Of a stretch of 64,000 bases of DNA, positions 29,452 to 39,245 are shown in pieces. The notes under the pieces were generated by a model that was not told the origin of the DNA, did no database searches, and was given only the letters and a program-made list of their open reading frames with translations. This DNA is from an uncultured Holophagales bacterium (GTDB lineage: Bacteria; Acidobacteriota; Thermoanaerobaculia; Multivoradales; UBA5704), in assembly GCA_963842525.1 (NCBI GenBank), contig CAWJGT010000003.1, positions 1,312,001 to 1,376,000 of the forward strand, read 5' to 3'. A program made the position numbers and the translations under genes. Numbering within the stretch: position 1 is the stretch's first letter; each line of letters starts with the position of its first letter.

Positions 29452-30327
29452 ATGGAGCTCGGCGATTTCGATCTGACGGTGGTGGGTGACGGCGGGTTCC
29501 GCCTGGACGGGGGCGCCATGTTCGGCGTCGTGCCGCGGGTGCTCTGGGAGAAGGAAGCCCCTCCGGACGACCGCAACCGCATCGGCATGGCCACCAACTG
29601 CCTGCTGGTCGCCCGCGGCAACGACCTCCTGCTGATCGACACCGGGATTGGCGACAAACACGACACGCGGTTCCGGCAGATGTACGCCATGGACGAGAGC
29701 GCGACGCGGCTCCCGGACTCCATCCGCCAGGCCGGCTACGAGCTGGGCGACGTCACCCACGTGGTCCTCAGCCACCTGCACTTCGACCACTGCGGCTGGA
29801 ACACCCGCGAGGACTCGCGCGGTGGCCGGCTGGTCCCGACCTTTCCCAAGGCGCGCTACTGGCTCCAGAGAGGCGAGGTCGAGCACGCGCGCAACCCGAA
29901 CGAACGGGACCGGGCGAGCTACTTCCCCCAGAACTGGGAGCCGCTCTTCGAGGCCGGCGTGGTCGAGCTGTTCGGCGACGAGGCCGAGCCGATTCCCGGC
30001 GTCCGGGCGGTCCGGGTGCCGGGCCACAACGCCGACATGTGCATCGTCCTGATCGACGGCGGCGGCGGGCGGAAGGCGGTCTACTGGGCGGACCTGGTGC
30101 CTCGGGCCACTCACGTTCCCTATCCGTGGATCATGAGCTACGACCTGTATCCGCTGACCACCCTGGACAACAAGAAGAGATGGCTGCCGCAGGCCGCGGC
30201 CGAGGGCTGGCTCTGCATCTTCGAGCACGACCCCGACGTCCCCTGCGCGCGGCTGGCCGAGGACAAGCCCGGCCGCTTCCGGGCGGTTCCGGTGGAAGCC
30301 CGCGCCGAGCAGCCCGCCGGCGTCTGA
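29452..30327 (+). CDS. MBL-fold metallo-hydrolase (YtnP-like)
   Basis: FRLDGGAMFGVVP, HLHFDHCG, PGH, ADL and FEHD motifs. Alternative start at 29437. Confidence 0.92.
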   Translation: MELGDFDLTVVGDGGFRLDGGAMFGVVPRVLWEKEAPPDDRNRIGMATNCLLVARGNDLLLIDTGIGDKHDTRFRQMYAMDESATRLPDSIRQAGYELGDVTHVVLSHLHFDHCGWNTREDSRGGRLVPTFPKARYWLQRGEVEHARNPNERDRASYFPQNWEPLFEAGVVELFGDEAEPIPGVRAVRVPGHNADMCIVLIDGGGGRKAVYWADLVPRATHVPYPWIMSYDLYPLTTLDNKKRWLPQAAAEGWLCIFEHDPDVPCARLAEDKPGRFRAVPVEARAEQPAGV

Positions 30328-30330
30328 CCC

Positions 30331-30362
30331 AATCCAAAATCCAAAATCGGAAATCCAAAATC
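30331..30362. repeat. Heptamer tandem repeat (AATCCAA)n
   Basis: AATCCAA AATCCAA AATCGGA AATCCAA AATC fills the gap before lpdA. Confidence 0.8.
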
Positions 30363-30364
30363 AA

Positions 30365-31771
30365 ATGGCGCGAGAAGACTTCGACCTGATCATCATCGGC
30401 AGCGGCCCGGGCGGCTACGTGGCGGGGATCCGCGCCGGCCAGCTCGGCCTCAAGACCGCGGTGGTGGAGAAGGACCCCAAGTACGGGGGCACCTGCACGC
30501 ACCGCGGATGCATCCCGACCAAGGCGCTGCTCCACACCGCTGCGGTGTTCGACGAGATCAAGGAGGCCGCGGGCCTGGGCATCCAGGTAAGCGAGCCGGT
30601 GCTCGACATCAACACGGCCCAGGACCGCAAGCAGAAGGTGGTGGACAGCAACGCCCGCGGCATCGAGTTCCTCTTTAAAAAGAACAAGGTCACCGGCCTG
30701 CGCGGGCGCGGCCGTCTCGCCGGCCCCAACGAGGTGCTGGTCGAGGGCCCGGACGGCGAAGGGACCTACGGGGCCCGGTTCATCCTGATCGCCACCGGCT
30801 CGGTGCCGCGCGACATCCCGATCGCTCCGGCGGACGGCGAGCGCGTGCTCAACTCGGACCACATCCTGGAGCTGCGGCAGGTGCCGAAATCGCTCGCGGT
30901 CCTTGGCGCGGGCGCGGTGGGCACGGAGTTCGCCTCCATCTACCGCTCCTTCGGCGCCGAGGTCACGCTGATCGAGATGCTGCCGCGCGTCCTGCCGATC
31001 GAGGACGAGGAGGTCTCGGCCGATCTCCAGAAGGCGCTGCGCAAGCGGGGCATCAAGGTGATGGCCGGCACGAAGATGACCGGCTTCGAGAAGACCGACG
31101 GCGGCGTGCGGCTCCATCTCGAGCAGACCGAGAAGGACGGCAAGCCCGCCACGGTCGAAGCCGAGCTGCTGCTCTCCGCCATCGGCCGCCGGCCGGTGAC
31201 CGAGAATATCGGCCTCGAAGCGCTGGGCATCGAGCTGGAGCGGGGCTACGTCAAGGTCAACCCCTATCTGCAGACCGCGGTGCCGCACATCTATGCCATC
31301 GGCGACGTGATCAACACGCCGTGGCTGGCCCACGTCGCCTCGTCGGAGGGGATCCTCGCGGCCGAGCACATGGCGGGGCAGAAGGTGCATCCGCTCAACT
31401 ACGACCGTGTGCCGTCCTGCACCTATTGCGAGCCGGAAGTGGCAAGCGTCGGCCTGACCGAGGCCAAGGCGAAGGAGCGCGGCTACGACGTGGCGACGGG
31501 CAAGTTTCCGATGAGCGCGCTGGGCAAGGCGCGCATCCTCGGCAAGACCGAGGGGTTCGTCAAGGTCGTGCGCGACAAGAAGTACGACGAGGTGCTGGGC
31601 ATCCACATCATCGGCGCCCATGCCACCGACCTGATCGCCGAGGCCTGTGTGACGCTGCAGATGGAAGGTACCAACGAGGAGCTGATGCACACCATGCATG
31701 CGCACCCGACTCTGTCCGAGGCCGTGATGGAGGCCGCGCACGCCGCGGCCGGCCAGACGATCCATATCTAG
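30365..31771 (+). CDS. lpdA: Dihydrolipoyl dehydrogenase (E3)
   Basis: GSGPGGY, GGTCTHRGCIPTK and HAHPTLSE motifs. Confidence 0.97.
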   Translation: MAREDFDLIIIGSGPGGYVAGIRAGQLGLKTAVVEKDPKYGGTCTHRGCIPTKALLHTAAVFDEIKEAAGLGIQVSEPVLDINTAQDRKQKVVDSNARGIEFLFKKNKVTGLRGRGRLAGPNEVLVEGPDGEGTYGARFILIATGSVPRDIPIAPADGERVLNSDHILELRQVPKSLAVLGAGAVGTEFASIYRSFGAEVTLIEMLPRVLPIEDEEVSADLQKALRKRGIKVMAGTKMTGFEKTDGGVRLHLEQTEKDGKPATVEAELLLSAIGRRPVTENIGLEALGIELERGYVKVNPYLQTAVPHIYAIGDVINTPWLAHVASSEGILAAEHMAGQKVHPLNYDRVPSCTYCEPEVASVGLTEAKAKERGYDVATGKFPMSALGKARILGKTEGFVKVVRDKKYDEVLGIHIIGAHATDLIAEACVTLQMEGTNEELMHTMHAHPTLSEAVMEAAHAAAGQTIHI

Positions 31772-31822
31772 CGTGTCCGCCAAGGGGCGCTCGCGCGGCG
31801 CCCCTGTTCTCAGAGGAGTCAC

Positions 31823-32863
31823 ATGGCCAAGCTGAGCAAGAACTGGGGCCCCCTGCATCCCCAGGAGCCGGAGACCGAGCGGCTGGCGAAGACCGACCTG
31901 CCGCGCGAGGCGCAGCTCGATCTCTATCGATTCATGAAGCTCACCCGCATGACCGAGGACCGCTTGGGCAACCTCTACCGGCAGGGCAAGGTGGTGGGCG
32001 GCCTCTATTCCAGCCGCGGCCAGGAGGCCACCTCGGTGGGGAGCGCCTTCGCGCTCGCGCCGCAGGACTTCGCCGGGCCGCTGATCCGCAATCTCGGGTC
32101 CATGCTGGTGCGCGGGGTCAAGCCGCGCGAGGTCATGATGCAGTACATGGCCAGGAGCGACAGCCCGACCGGCGGCAAGGACTGCAACACCCATTTCGGG
32201 GACATCTCCCGCGGGCTCGTCGCGCCGATCTCGATGCTCGGCGCCCTCATCCCCGTCATGGCCGGCGTGGCGCTGGCAGGGCGGATGCAGAAGAAAGACC
32301 TCGTGGCCATGACCTGGATCGGCGATGGCGGGACCTCCACGGGCGACTTTCATGAGGGCCTCAACCTCGCCGCGGTGCTCAACCTGCCGTTCGTCCTCGT
32401 CGCCGAGAACAACGGCTGGGCCTATTCGACGCCGACCTCGCGGCAGATGCGGATCAAGGACATCGTGACCCGCGCGGCCGCCTATGGCATTCCGGGCGAG
32501 GCCGTGGACGGGAACGACGTCCTCGCGGTCCATGGGGCGACGAAGCGCGCCGTGGACCGGGCGCGCCAGGGCGGCGGCCCGAGCCTCATCGAGGCCAAGA
32601 CGTTCCGCATGAAGGGGCACGCCGAGCACGACGACGCCGGCTACGTGCCGCAAGAGCTCTTCGACGAGTGGCGCGGCAAGGACCCCATCGACCGCTTCGA
32701 GCGCCACCTCCGGACCCAGGGTGTGGCCACTGAAGAGGAGCTGCGGCAGATCGTGGCCGGGATCGACCGGGAGCTGAGCCGTGAGGTCGACCTGGCCCTC
32801 GCCTCGCCGTTCCCGCCGGCCGAGCGGACGTTCGAGGGCGTCTATGCCGAGGGGGTGGTCTGA
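31823..32863 (+). CDS. 2-oxoacid dehydrogenase E1 alpha subunit
   Basis: GQEA, GDGGTS...ENNGWAYSTP and FRMKGHAEHD motifs; substrate (pyruvate or branched-chain) not resolved. Confidence 0.93.
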   Translation: MAKLSKNWGPLHPQEPETERLAKTDLPREAQLDLYRFMKLTRMTEDRLGNLYRQGKVVGGLYSSRGQEATSVGSAFALAPQDFAGPLIRNLGSMLVRGVKPREVMMQYMARSDSPTGGKDCNTHFGDISRGLVAPISMLGALIPVMAGVALAGRMQKKDLVAMTWIGDGGTSTGDFHEGLNLAAVLNLPFVLVAENNGWAYSTPTSRQMRIKDIVTRAAAYGIPGEAVDGNDVLAVHGATKRAVDRARQGGGPSLIEAKTFRMKGHAEHDDAGYVPQELFDEWRGKDPIDRFERHLRTQGVATEEELRQIVAGIDRELSREVDLALASPFPPAERTFEGVYAEGVV

Positions 32864-33843
32864 TGGCCCAGCCTCAGGTCACCTATCTGGAAGCCATCCG
32901 CCAGGCCCTCTGGCACGAGCTCGAGGCGGACCCGCGGGTCTTCCTCCTTGGGCAGGACATCGGCACCTACGGCGGCGCCTTCCGCGTGACCGCCGGGATG
33001 CTCGACCAATTTGGATCAGAACGGATCATCGACACGCCGATCAGCGAGTCGGCGATGATCGGCTGCGCCATCGGTGCGGCGATGACGGGAATGCTGCCGG
33101 TGGTGGAGATGCAGTTCATCGACTTCATCGCCTGCGGTTTCAACCAACTCGTCAATGGCGCGGCGAAGACCCACTACCGCTGGGGCCAGCCGGTGCCGCT
33201 CGTGGTGCGTGGCCCGGCGGGAGGCGGTGTGCGCGGCTCGGCCTTCCACAGCGACAACCCGGAGAGCTATTTCCAGCATGCGCCAGGCCTCAAGATCGTG
33301 GCCCCCGGGACCGTGACGGACGCCTACGGCCTCCTGCGGGCGGCGATCCACGACCCGAATCCGGTCCTGTACCTCGAGCACAAATTTCTGTACCGGCGGC
33401 TCAAGGACGAGCTGCCGGAGGCGGACCACCGGGTACCGCTCGGCAAGGCGCGGGTGGCGCGCGAAGGGAGCGATCTGTCGGTCGTCACCTACGGTGCTAT
33501 GCTTCACGTGGCCCTGGAGGCCGCCGGGCGGCTGGAAGCGGAAGGGATCGACCTCGAAGTCCTCGACCTGCGCACCGTCAAGCCCCTGGACGAGGAGACC
33601 GTCCTCGCCTCGGTGCGGAAGACGAGCCGGGCCCTCATCCTGACCGAGGAGCAGACGACCGGCTCGGTGGCCGGCGAGGTGTCGGCGCGCATCGCGGAGG
33701 GCGCCTTCTCCTGGCTGGACGGACCGGTCGTCCGTCTCTGCTGTCCGGACAGTCCGGTCCCCTACAGCCCGACGCTCGAAGACGCCTATCTGCCCAACGT
33801 GGACAAGCTCGTCGCCAAGGTGCGGGAGCTGGCCAGCTATTGA
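32863..33843 (+). CDS. 2-oxoacid dehydrogenase E1 beta subunit
   Basis: DTPISE, EMQFIDF, FHS, LEHKFLY and DLRTVKPLD motifs. Confidence 0.94.
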   Translation: MAQPQVTYLEAIRQALWHELEADPRVFLLGQDIGTYGGAFRVTAGMLDQFGSERIIDTPISESAMIGCAIGAAMTGMLPVVEMQFIDFIACGFNQLVNGAAKTHYRWGQPVPLVVRGPAGGGVRGSAFHSDNPESYFQHAPGLKIVAPGTVTDAYGLLRAAIHDPNPVLYLEHKFLYRRLKDELPEADHRVPLGKARVAREGSDLSVVTYGAMLHVALEAAGRLEAEGIDLEVLDLRTVKPLDEETVLASVRKTSRALILTEEQTTGSVAGEVSARIAEGAFSWLDGPVVRLCCPDSPVPYSPTLEDAYLPNVDKLVAKVRELASY

Positions 33844-33883
33844 CCTGAATTCGAAGCAACCGGAGACGGGGGAGTCAGAGCTT

Positions 33884-35383
33884 ATGGCTACGGAAGTCGT
33901 GATGCCCCAGATGGGGGAGTCGATCGCCGAAGGAACCATTACCAAGTGGCTGGTCAAGGTCGGCGACCATGTAGAGCGCGACCAGCCGCTGTTCGAGATC
34001 TCGACCGACAAGGTCGACGCCGAGATCCCCAGCCCGGCCTCGGGCACACTGCTCGAGATCCGCAACCAGGAAGGGGAGACGGTGCCGGTCAACCAGGTGG
34101 TCGCCATGATCGGCGAGGCCGGGGCCGGGGATGCGGCCGGAGGCGCTGCCGAGGCTCCCGCTGCGCAGCAGGCGGAGCCGGCAGAGGAGGGCGCACCGGC
34201 GGCTGCCGAGCCCGCACAGCCCGCGGCCGAGGCCGAGGCGGCAACGGGCCAGCCCGAGGGGGTGAAGCGGGAAGAGGCCGCCCGCGAGCCGGCACCGGCG
34301 GTCGCCTCGCCCGAGCCGGCACCCAAGCCTGCCGCCGAGGCCGCTCCGGCGCGTGCGGAAGGAGAGCCCGCGTCCGAGGAAGAGCGGCTGAAGAAGTTCT
34401 CCAGCCCGCTGGTGCGCAACATCGCCGCCAAGGAGGGCGTCAACCTCGAGGAGGTGTCCGGCACTGGTGCCCACGGCCGGGTGACCAAGGAGGACATCCT
34501 CGGCTACATCGACCAGCGCAAGGCCGCCCCGCAGCCGGCTGCCGCGCCCGCTCCGGCACCTGCTCCGGCCCGGCCAGCCGCGCCTCCGGCACCCGCCGCC
34601 GCTCCGGCAGCCCAGCGACCGGCGCCGGCCGGTTTCTCGGTGGCGGCCTACCACGAGGGCGACAACGTCGAGATCGAGCCAATGTCGAAGATCCGGCAGA
34701 TCACGGCAGCACACATGGTCTACTCCAAGGCCACCTCGGCGCACGTCACGACCGTCTTCCACATCGACTTCTCGAAGGTGGCCCGCGCCCGCGCCCGTGC
34801 CAAGGACGGCTTCTTCAAGAAGGAGGGCACCAAGCTCACCTATATGCCCTTCATCTTCAAGGCCGTGGCCACGGCGCTCAAGGCGCACAAGACCGTCAAT
34901 GCCTCCATCGACGGCACGAACATCGTCTACAAGAAGGACATCAACATCGGCATGGCGGTCGACATGCCGGGCCGCGGCCTGATCGTGCCGGTCATCAAGG
35001 GCGCCGACCAGCTCAGCCTGGTGGGCCTTGCCAAGACGGCCAACGACCTCGCCGACCGTGCGCGGAGCAAGAAGCTCAAGCCGGAAGAGACGCAGGGGGG
35101 CACGTTCACCATCACCAACCCGGGTGTCTTCGGCAGCCTCTTCGGCACGCCGGTCATCAACCAGCCGCAAGTGGCGATCCTGGGCGTCGGCGCCATCGAG
35201 AAGCGGCCGATCGTGATCGAGGACGAGGACGGCAACGACGCCATCGTCATCAAGACCATGTCCTACTTCGGCATCTCCTACGACCACCGCCTGGTCGACG
35301 GCGCCGATGCCGACCGCTTCATGATCGACGTCAAGAAGGTCCTCGAGACCGACACCTGGACCGAGCTCGACGCGTACGTCTAG
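33884..35383 (+). CDS. Dihydrolipoamide acyltransferase (E2)
   Basis: Lipoyl domain EISTDKVDAE, E3-binding GTGAHGRVTKED and catalytic YDHRLVDG. Confidence 0.95.
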   Translation: MATEVVMPQMGESIAEGTITKWLVKVGDHVERDQPLFEISTDKVDAEIPSPASGTLLEIRNQEGETVPVNQVVAMIGEAGAGDAAGGAAEAPAAQQAEPAEEGAPAAAEPAQPAAEAEAATGQPEGVKREEAAREPAPAVASPEPAPKPAAEAAPARAEGEPASEEERLKKFSSPLVRNIAAKEGVNLEEVSGTGAHGRVTKEDILGYIDQRKAAPQPAAAPAPAPAPARPAAPPAPAAAPAAQRPAPAGFSVAAYHEGDNVEIEPMSKIRQITAAHMVYSKATSAHVTTVFHIDFSKVARARARAKDGFFKKEGTKLTYMPFIFKAVATALKAHKTVNASIDGTNIVYKKDINIGMAVDMPGRGLIVPVIKGADQLSLVGLAKTANDLADRARSKKLKPEETQGGTFTITNPGVFGSLFGTPVINQPQVAILGVGAIEKRPIVIEDEDGNDAIVIKTMSYFGISYDHRLVDGADADRFMIDVKKVLETDTWTELDAYV

Positions 35384-35412
35384 ACGGCGGCGCCTGCTTC
35401 GCGGAATCTCCG

Positions 35413-35442
35413 ACGAGCCCGGGGCGACCCGGGCTCGTTTTT
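35413..35442 (+). terminator. Intrinsic terminator after the E2 gene
   Basis: ACGAGCCCGGG-GCGA-CCCGGGCTCGT followed by a T-run. Confidence 0.85.
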
Positions 35443-36068
35443 AGTCTGTGAAGATCTCGTCCACCAGCGGCTCGAAGCCGGGCAGGATCTCGGAGCGGGC
35501 CGTTTCGCCGGGACCGGATTTATCGAAGAAGCTCGTAGGCGCCACGGCGCAGCACGAAGACTTCGACGATCTGCTTTTTCGGGTCCGCCATCCAGACCTC
35601 CCGCACTCCTGCCTCGGCATAGAGGCCGAGCTTGGTTTTGCGGTCGTACTGCTGGTTGGAGGGGGACAGAATCTCGACGATCAGATCTGGCGCACCTTCA
35701 AGGAATTGCTCCTTGAGCAGATGCCTGCGCTCGCGGGTCAAGAACAGCAGATCCGGCTGGACCGGCGTCGCCAGCTCCTTCGGGAGGATCACGTCGAGCG
35801 GGGCGAAGAGATAGATGCCGAACGGGTGATCCTGCAGAAACAACCCCAAAAGGAAGGAGAAGTTGCGCAGAGCTGCCTGGTGCTTCGGATTCGGCGCTGG
35901 CGGCACGTAGAGCACCCCCCGGAGGACCTCGTAGCGCCGGCCGTCGTCCGGCAGGCGGCAGTAGTCCTCGTACGTCCACATTCCCTGCTTGGGAAACTCC
36001 CCGGCCTCCGCCGGCCAGTCGGTCGCGGAGATCGGAACCTGGACGCGATAGGCGGCTCTGGAAGACAT
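35441..36068 (-). CDS. Uma2 family PD-(D/E)xK endonuclease (apparent frameshift near 35525)
   Basis: WTYEDYCRLPDDGRRYE, VQPDLL, GAPDLIVEILSPS and YAEAGVREVW motifs; the shifted frame supplies DKSGPGETARSEILPGFEPLVDEIFTD*. Confidence 0.88.
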
Positions 36069-36138
36069 GTCTGAATCCTAAGCCGGCCCTGGGGGGCTGT
36101 CAATGCGTAGATCTCGAGTTACTTCCAGGAGAGAGCGC

Positions 36139-36166
36139 CGGACCACGGGATGGCTCCCGTGGTCCG
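36139..36166 (-). terminator. Stem-loop just downstream of the peptide precursor gene
   Basis: CGGACCACGGGA-TGGC-TCCCGTGGTCCG, a 12-bp perfect stem; U-tract is weak. Confidence 0.6.
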
Positions 36167-36183
36167 ATCGACGGAGGCGAAGC

Positions 36184-36399
36184 TCAGGCGGCTGTGACGG
36201 TAATCGTCGGGGCTGGATCGACGACGACAGGTTTGTAGCACTTCGTGTTGCAGTCGTTCTCGACCTTGCACGAGTGGCAGCCGGAGCCGGCGCAGGTGCT
36301 GGTCGCCGCTGCAGCACCATGGACGTAGTACATCACGTAGTCGTCCAGGTTTCTCAGCGTCTCCCGGCTCAAGCCAAGCCGCTTCTGGTTCCTTTTCAT
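36184..36399 (-). CDS. Lanthipeptide-like precursor peptide
   Basis: RBS AAGGAG; leader KRLGLSRETLRNL; VHGA double-Gly-like site; core rich in Ser/Thr with 5 Cys; directly downstream of lanC. Confidence 0.8.
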   Translation of the reverse strand: MKRNQKRLGLSRETLRNLDDYVMYYVHGAAAATSTCAGSGCHSCKVENDCNTKCYKPVVVDPAPTITVTAA

Positions 36400-36472
36400 C
36401 CTGATCTCCTTCTTGAAAAGGTTGATGGCTTCGGAGTCGTCCGGTTTGGACGCATTCTCTGAGAGCCTCTTA

Positions 36473-37787
36473 CTAGGAATGGTGCTCGCCGTCTGCTCGA
36501 AGGGACAAAGAGGTCGGGATCGAAGTGAGGAGGCAGGCGTCCCAGGCGGGTTCCAGGTCCGAGATGGCGGCGAGGAGAGCGAGAGCGATCCCGGCCGCCC
36601 CTTCCAGAAATCCCGCCTTGTCGTGCCAGATGCTCACGTCCGCTCGGCCAGGTTCCGAGGTGTGATAGCGAAAGCCGCCGATCCCGCCCTCCTGCCGGAA
36701 GGAGAGCGCCCTCTCGTACCAGGTCTGCGCCGCCTCCCGGAAGAGCTCCTCTCCCGTGGCTTGGAAAAGGCGGTTGAAGAGGTGTCCGGTACCGGCAGCC
36801 CCGTGACAGAGGCAGGCGTCGAAGACCATGGCTCTGTCGAAAGGCCGCTGAGTGGCGGTGCGGGCGATGACCAGGGCCTCGTCCGCCCAATCGCCGTGGC
36901 CGAGCACGCGGGCGGCGGAGAGGATCGCCAGGGACACCCCCGGATCTCCATAACACCACGCGATGCGCGAGGGACCGAGCCATTGGCCAGGCACCGCATA
37001 GCTGCAAAAAGCCATCCCTGACTGTCTGGGCAGGCGCTGAGCGAGCAGCCAGGGAACCGCTCCCTCCAGGAGCTTCCCGGCAGATCTCCGGGTGGGCTCC
37101 GGCGATGAGAGCCCGGGCCAGGAGCGCGACCACGCCCGGTCCACCGTGGGCCATGCCCAGGTTGAAACAGCCGTCCGGGCACTCCTCTTTCATCGAGTCA
37201 AAGACGAGCCCCGGCGGGGTGAACCAGGAGATTCCGTGGGGCCCGCGGCGAGCCAACTCGGCCAGGATTTCGACGACCGCCTCGAGCCTCCGCAGGGACC
37301 CTTCGTCATGCAGGCGTTCCAGGAAGTAGACACCATGGCCCGACAGGCCGTGCATCAAGTCGAAGGGATACTGCCAGGGCCGTCGCGCATGAAGGCGTTC
37401 GAGGGCAGCGTCTACGTCGCTCTCGCCTTCGTCGGCCTCGCCATAGAGCCGCTGCAGATGGGCCTCCACCCAGGCCACTCCCGTGAAGCCCGTAGCGAGG
37501 GTCGGGTCGGCCGGGCGGGTGGCAAGCTCTTCAGCAGCCCGGTCCAGGCAGCGGCCGGCGTGATCGCTCGCACCGGAGAGAAGGCCGGCCTGGTCGAGAT
37601 AGGCGAAGAGAAGGGACAGCCCGGCCCAGCCCTCGGCGAGAGAAGGGCCGATCTTGCGTAGCCAGGTGAGCTCCTCCCGCCGGAGGATGTCACGAGCGAC
37701 ATCCTCGATGGCAGCACGCGCCTGGTCAGCCAGAGCTCCTTCGAGCACGGGCCTCCACGGTCTGGCCTCGGCTTGCTGCTGGAACAT
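36473..37787 (-). CDS. lanC: Lanthionine synthetase LanC family protein (apparent frameshift near 37077)
   Basis: SLAEGWAG, FDLMHGLSG, NLGMAHGGPG, RIAWCYGDPG, CLCHGAAG and GFLEGAAG motifs; ATG overlaps the glgA stop (TGATG). Confidence 0.9.
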
Positions 37788-39244
37788 CACCCCGCCAGCC
37801 GTTCGTAGATCCCTAAATATTCCTTGCCCTGGACGTCCCAGGAGAAGTCCTGGGCCATGCCGTTGGCCATCAGGCGCTCCCAAGCGGGACGGTCGGCCCA
37901 GGTGTCGAGGGCGGTGTCGAGGGCCCAGCGGAGGCCCTGGGCGGTGAAGTGCTCGAAGACGAAGCCGGTACCGTGGCCCGTCGCAGGGTCGAAGGGCTGG
38001 ACCGTGTCGGCGAGTCCGCCCGTCTTGTGGACCACGGGCGGCGTGCCGTAGCGCAGGCTGTAGAGCTGGTTCAGGCCGCAGGGCTCGAACTTGGACGGCA
38101 TCAGGAAGAGGTCGGACCCCGCCTCGATCCAGTGCGCCAGCTCGTTGTTGAACTCCCGGAAGAACCGCGCCTGCGCCGGATACCACCGCGCCAGACGGCT
38201 GAAGAACGTCTCGTATCGGTCCTCGCCGCTCCCCAGCGCCACCACCCGGACGTCGCGCCGGTCGAGCAAGTCCGGCAGCACGTCGAAACAGAGGTCGAAC
38301 CCCTTCTGCCAGGTGAGGCGGGAAACGAGGCCGATCACCGGCGCGTCGGAGTGTTCGTTCAAGCCGACCCGGCGGAGGAGGCGCCGCTTCATCTCCCGCT
38401 TGCCCCACAGGTCCTCTGGTGAATAGTGGACCGGGATGTACGGATCGTGCACCGGGTCCCATTCGCCGTAGTCCACGCCGTTGACGATCCCGGCCAGCCG
38501 GCTGGTGCGGGCGCGCAGCAGCCAATCCAGGCCGAAGCCGTGCTCGGGCGTCTGGATCTCGGCGGCGAAAGTGCGGCTCACCGCGGTCATGAAGTCGGCG
38601 TGCAGGAGGCCGGTCTTCAGGAAATTGGCGTGGCCTGCCAACAGGTCCGCCCCGTCCAGCCAGTAAGCATGCTGCGCGAGACCGAGCTCGTCGAGCGCGC
38701 TGGTGCCGACGAGCCCCTGGAAGGCGACGTTGTGGAGGGTCAACACCGTGCGCGTACGGTCGAACAGGCGGTCCCAGGAGTACAGGCCCTTGAGGTAGAT
38801 CGGCGCCAGGGCCGTGTGCCAGTCGTGCGAATGGAGGATGTCCGGCGACCAGCCCATGCGCTGGCAGATCTCGAAGACGGCCCGGGTGAGCACGGCGAAG
38901 CGCAGCCCGTCCGCCCAATCGCCGTGGTAGATCCCCTCAGGGCCGAAAAGCGGCGGACAGTCGACGAAATAGACGTCGACCTGGCTGTCCGGCAGCTTGG
39001 TGGTGAGGACCGAGAAGCGGAAGAGCCGCGAGCCCATGCCGACGTGCAGGTCGCGCAGGAAGTCGACCTGGGTGAAGCGCTCCGGGCGGCGGGCGACCTG
39101 GCCGTAGAAGGGGAGGAAGACGCGCACGTCGTGCCCGGCGCGGCCGAGGAAGCGGGGGAGGCCGGCGGCCACGTCCCCGAGCCCGCCGGTCTTGGCGAAC
39201 GGCGCCACCTCGGCGGCGATCTGGCAGACCCGCAGGGGGCGCAC
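37787..39244 (-). CDS. glgA: Glycogen synthase
   Basis: EVAPFAKTGGLGDV, HSHDWH, GIVNGVD, SRLTWQKG and MPSKFEPCGLNQ motifs. Confidence 0.96.
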   Translation of the reverse strand: MRPLRVCQIAAEVAPFAKTGGLGDVAAGLPRFLGRAGHDVRVFLPFYGQVARRPERFTQVDFLRDLHVGMGSRLFRFSVLTTKLPDSQVDVYFVDCPPLFGPEGIYHGDWADGLRFAVLTRAVFEICQRMGWSPDILHSHDWHTALAPIYLKGLYSWDRLFDRTRTVLTLHNVAFQGLVGTSALDELGLAQHAYWLDGADLLAGHANFLKTGLLHADFMTAVSRTFAAEIQTPEHGFGLDWLLRARTSRLAGIVNGVDYGEWDPVHDPYIPVHYSPEDLWGKREMKRRLLRRVGLNEHSDAPVIGLVSRLTWQKGFDLCFDVLPDLLDRRDVRVVALGSGEDRYETFFSRLARWYPAQARFFREFNNELAHWIEAGSDLFLMPSKFEPCGLNQLYSLRYGTPPVVHKTGGLADTVQPFDPATGHGTGFVFEHFTAQGLRWALDTALDTWADRPAWERLMANGMAQDFSWDVQGKEYLGIYERLAG

Positions 39245-39245
39245 C

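Noticed and set aside
30131-35451. Long antisense and alternative-frame ORFs over the dehydrogenase operon and elsewhere
   Set aside because: Expected shadows of high-GC3 genes, with Arg/Pro/Gly-rich composition and no motifs.
36396-38918. 840-aa ORF as a LanM/LanKC-like fused synthetase
   Set aside because: Its N-terminal part is an alternative frame of glgA; only the portion from 37787 is LanC, and no dehydratase or kinase motifs are present.
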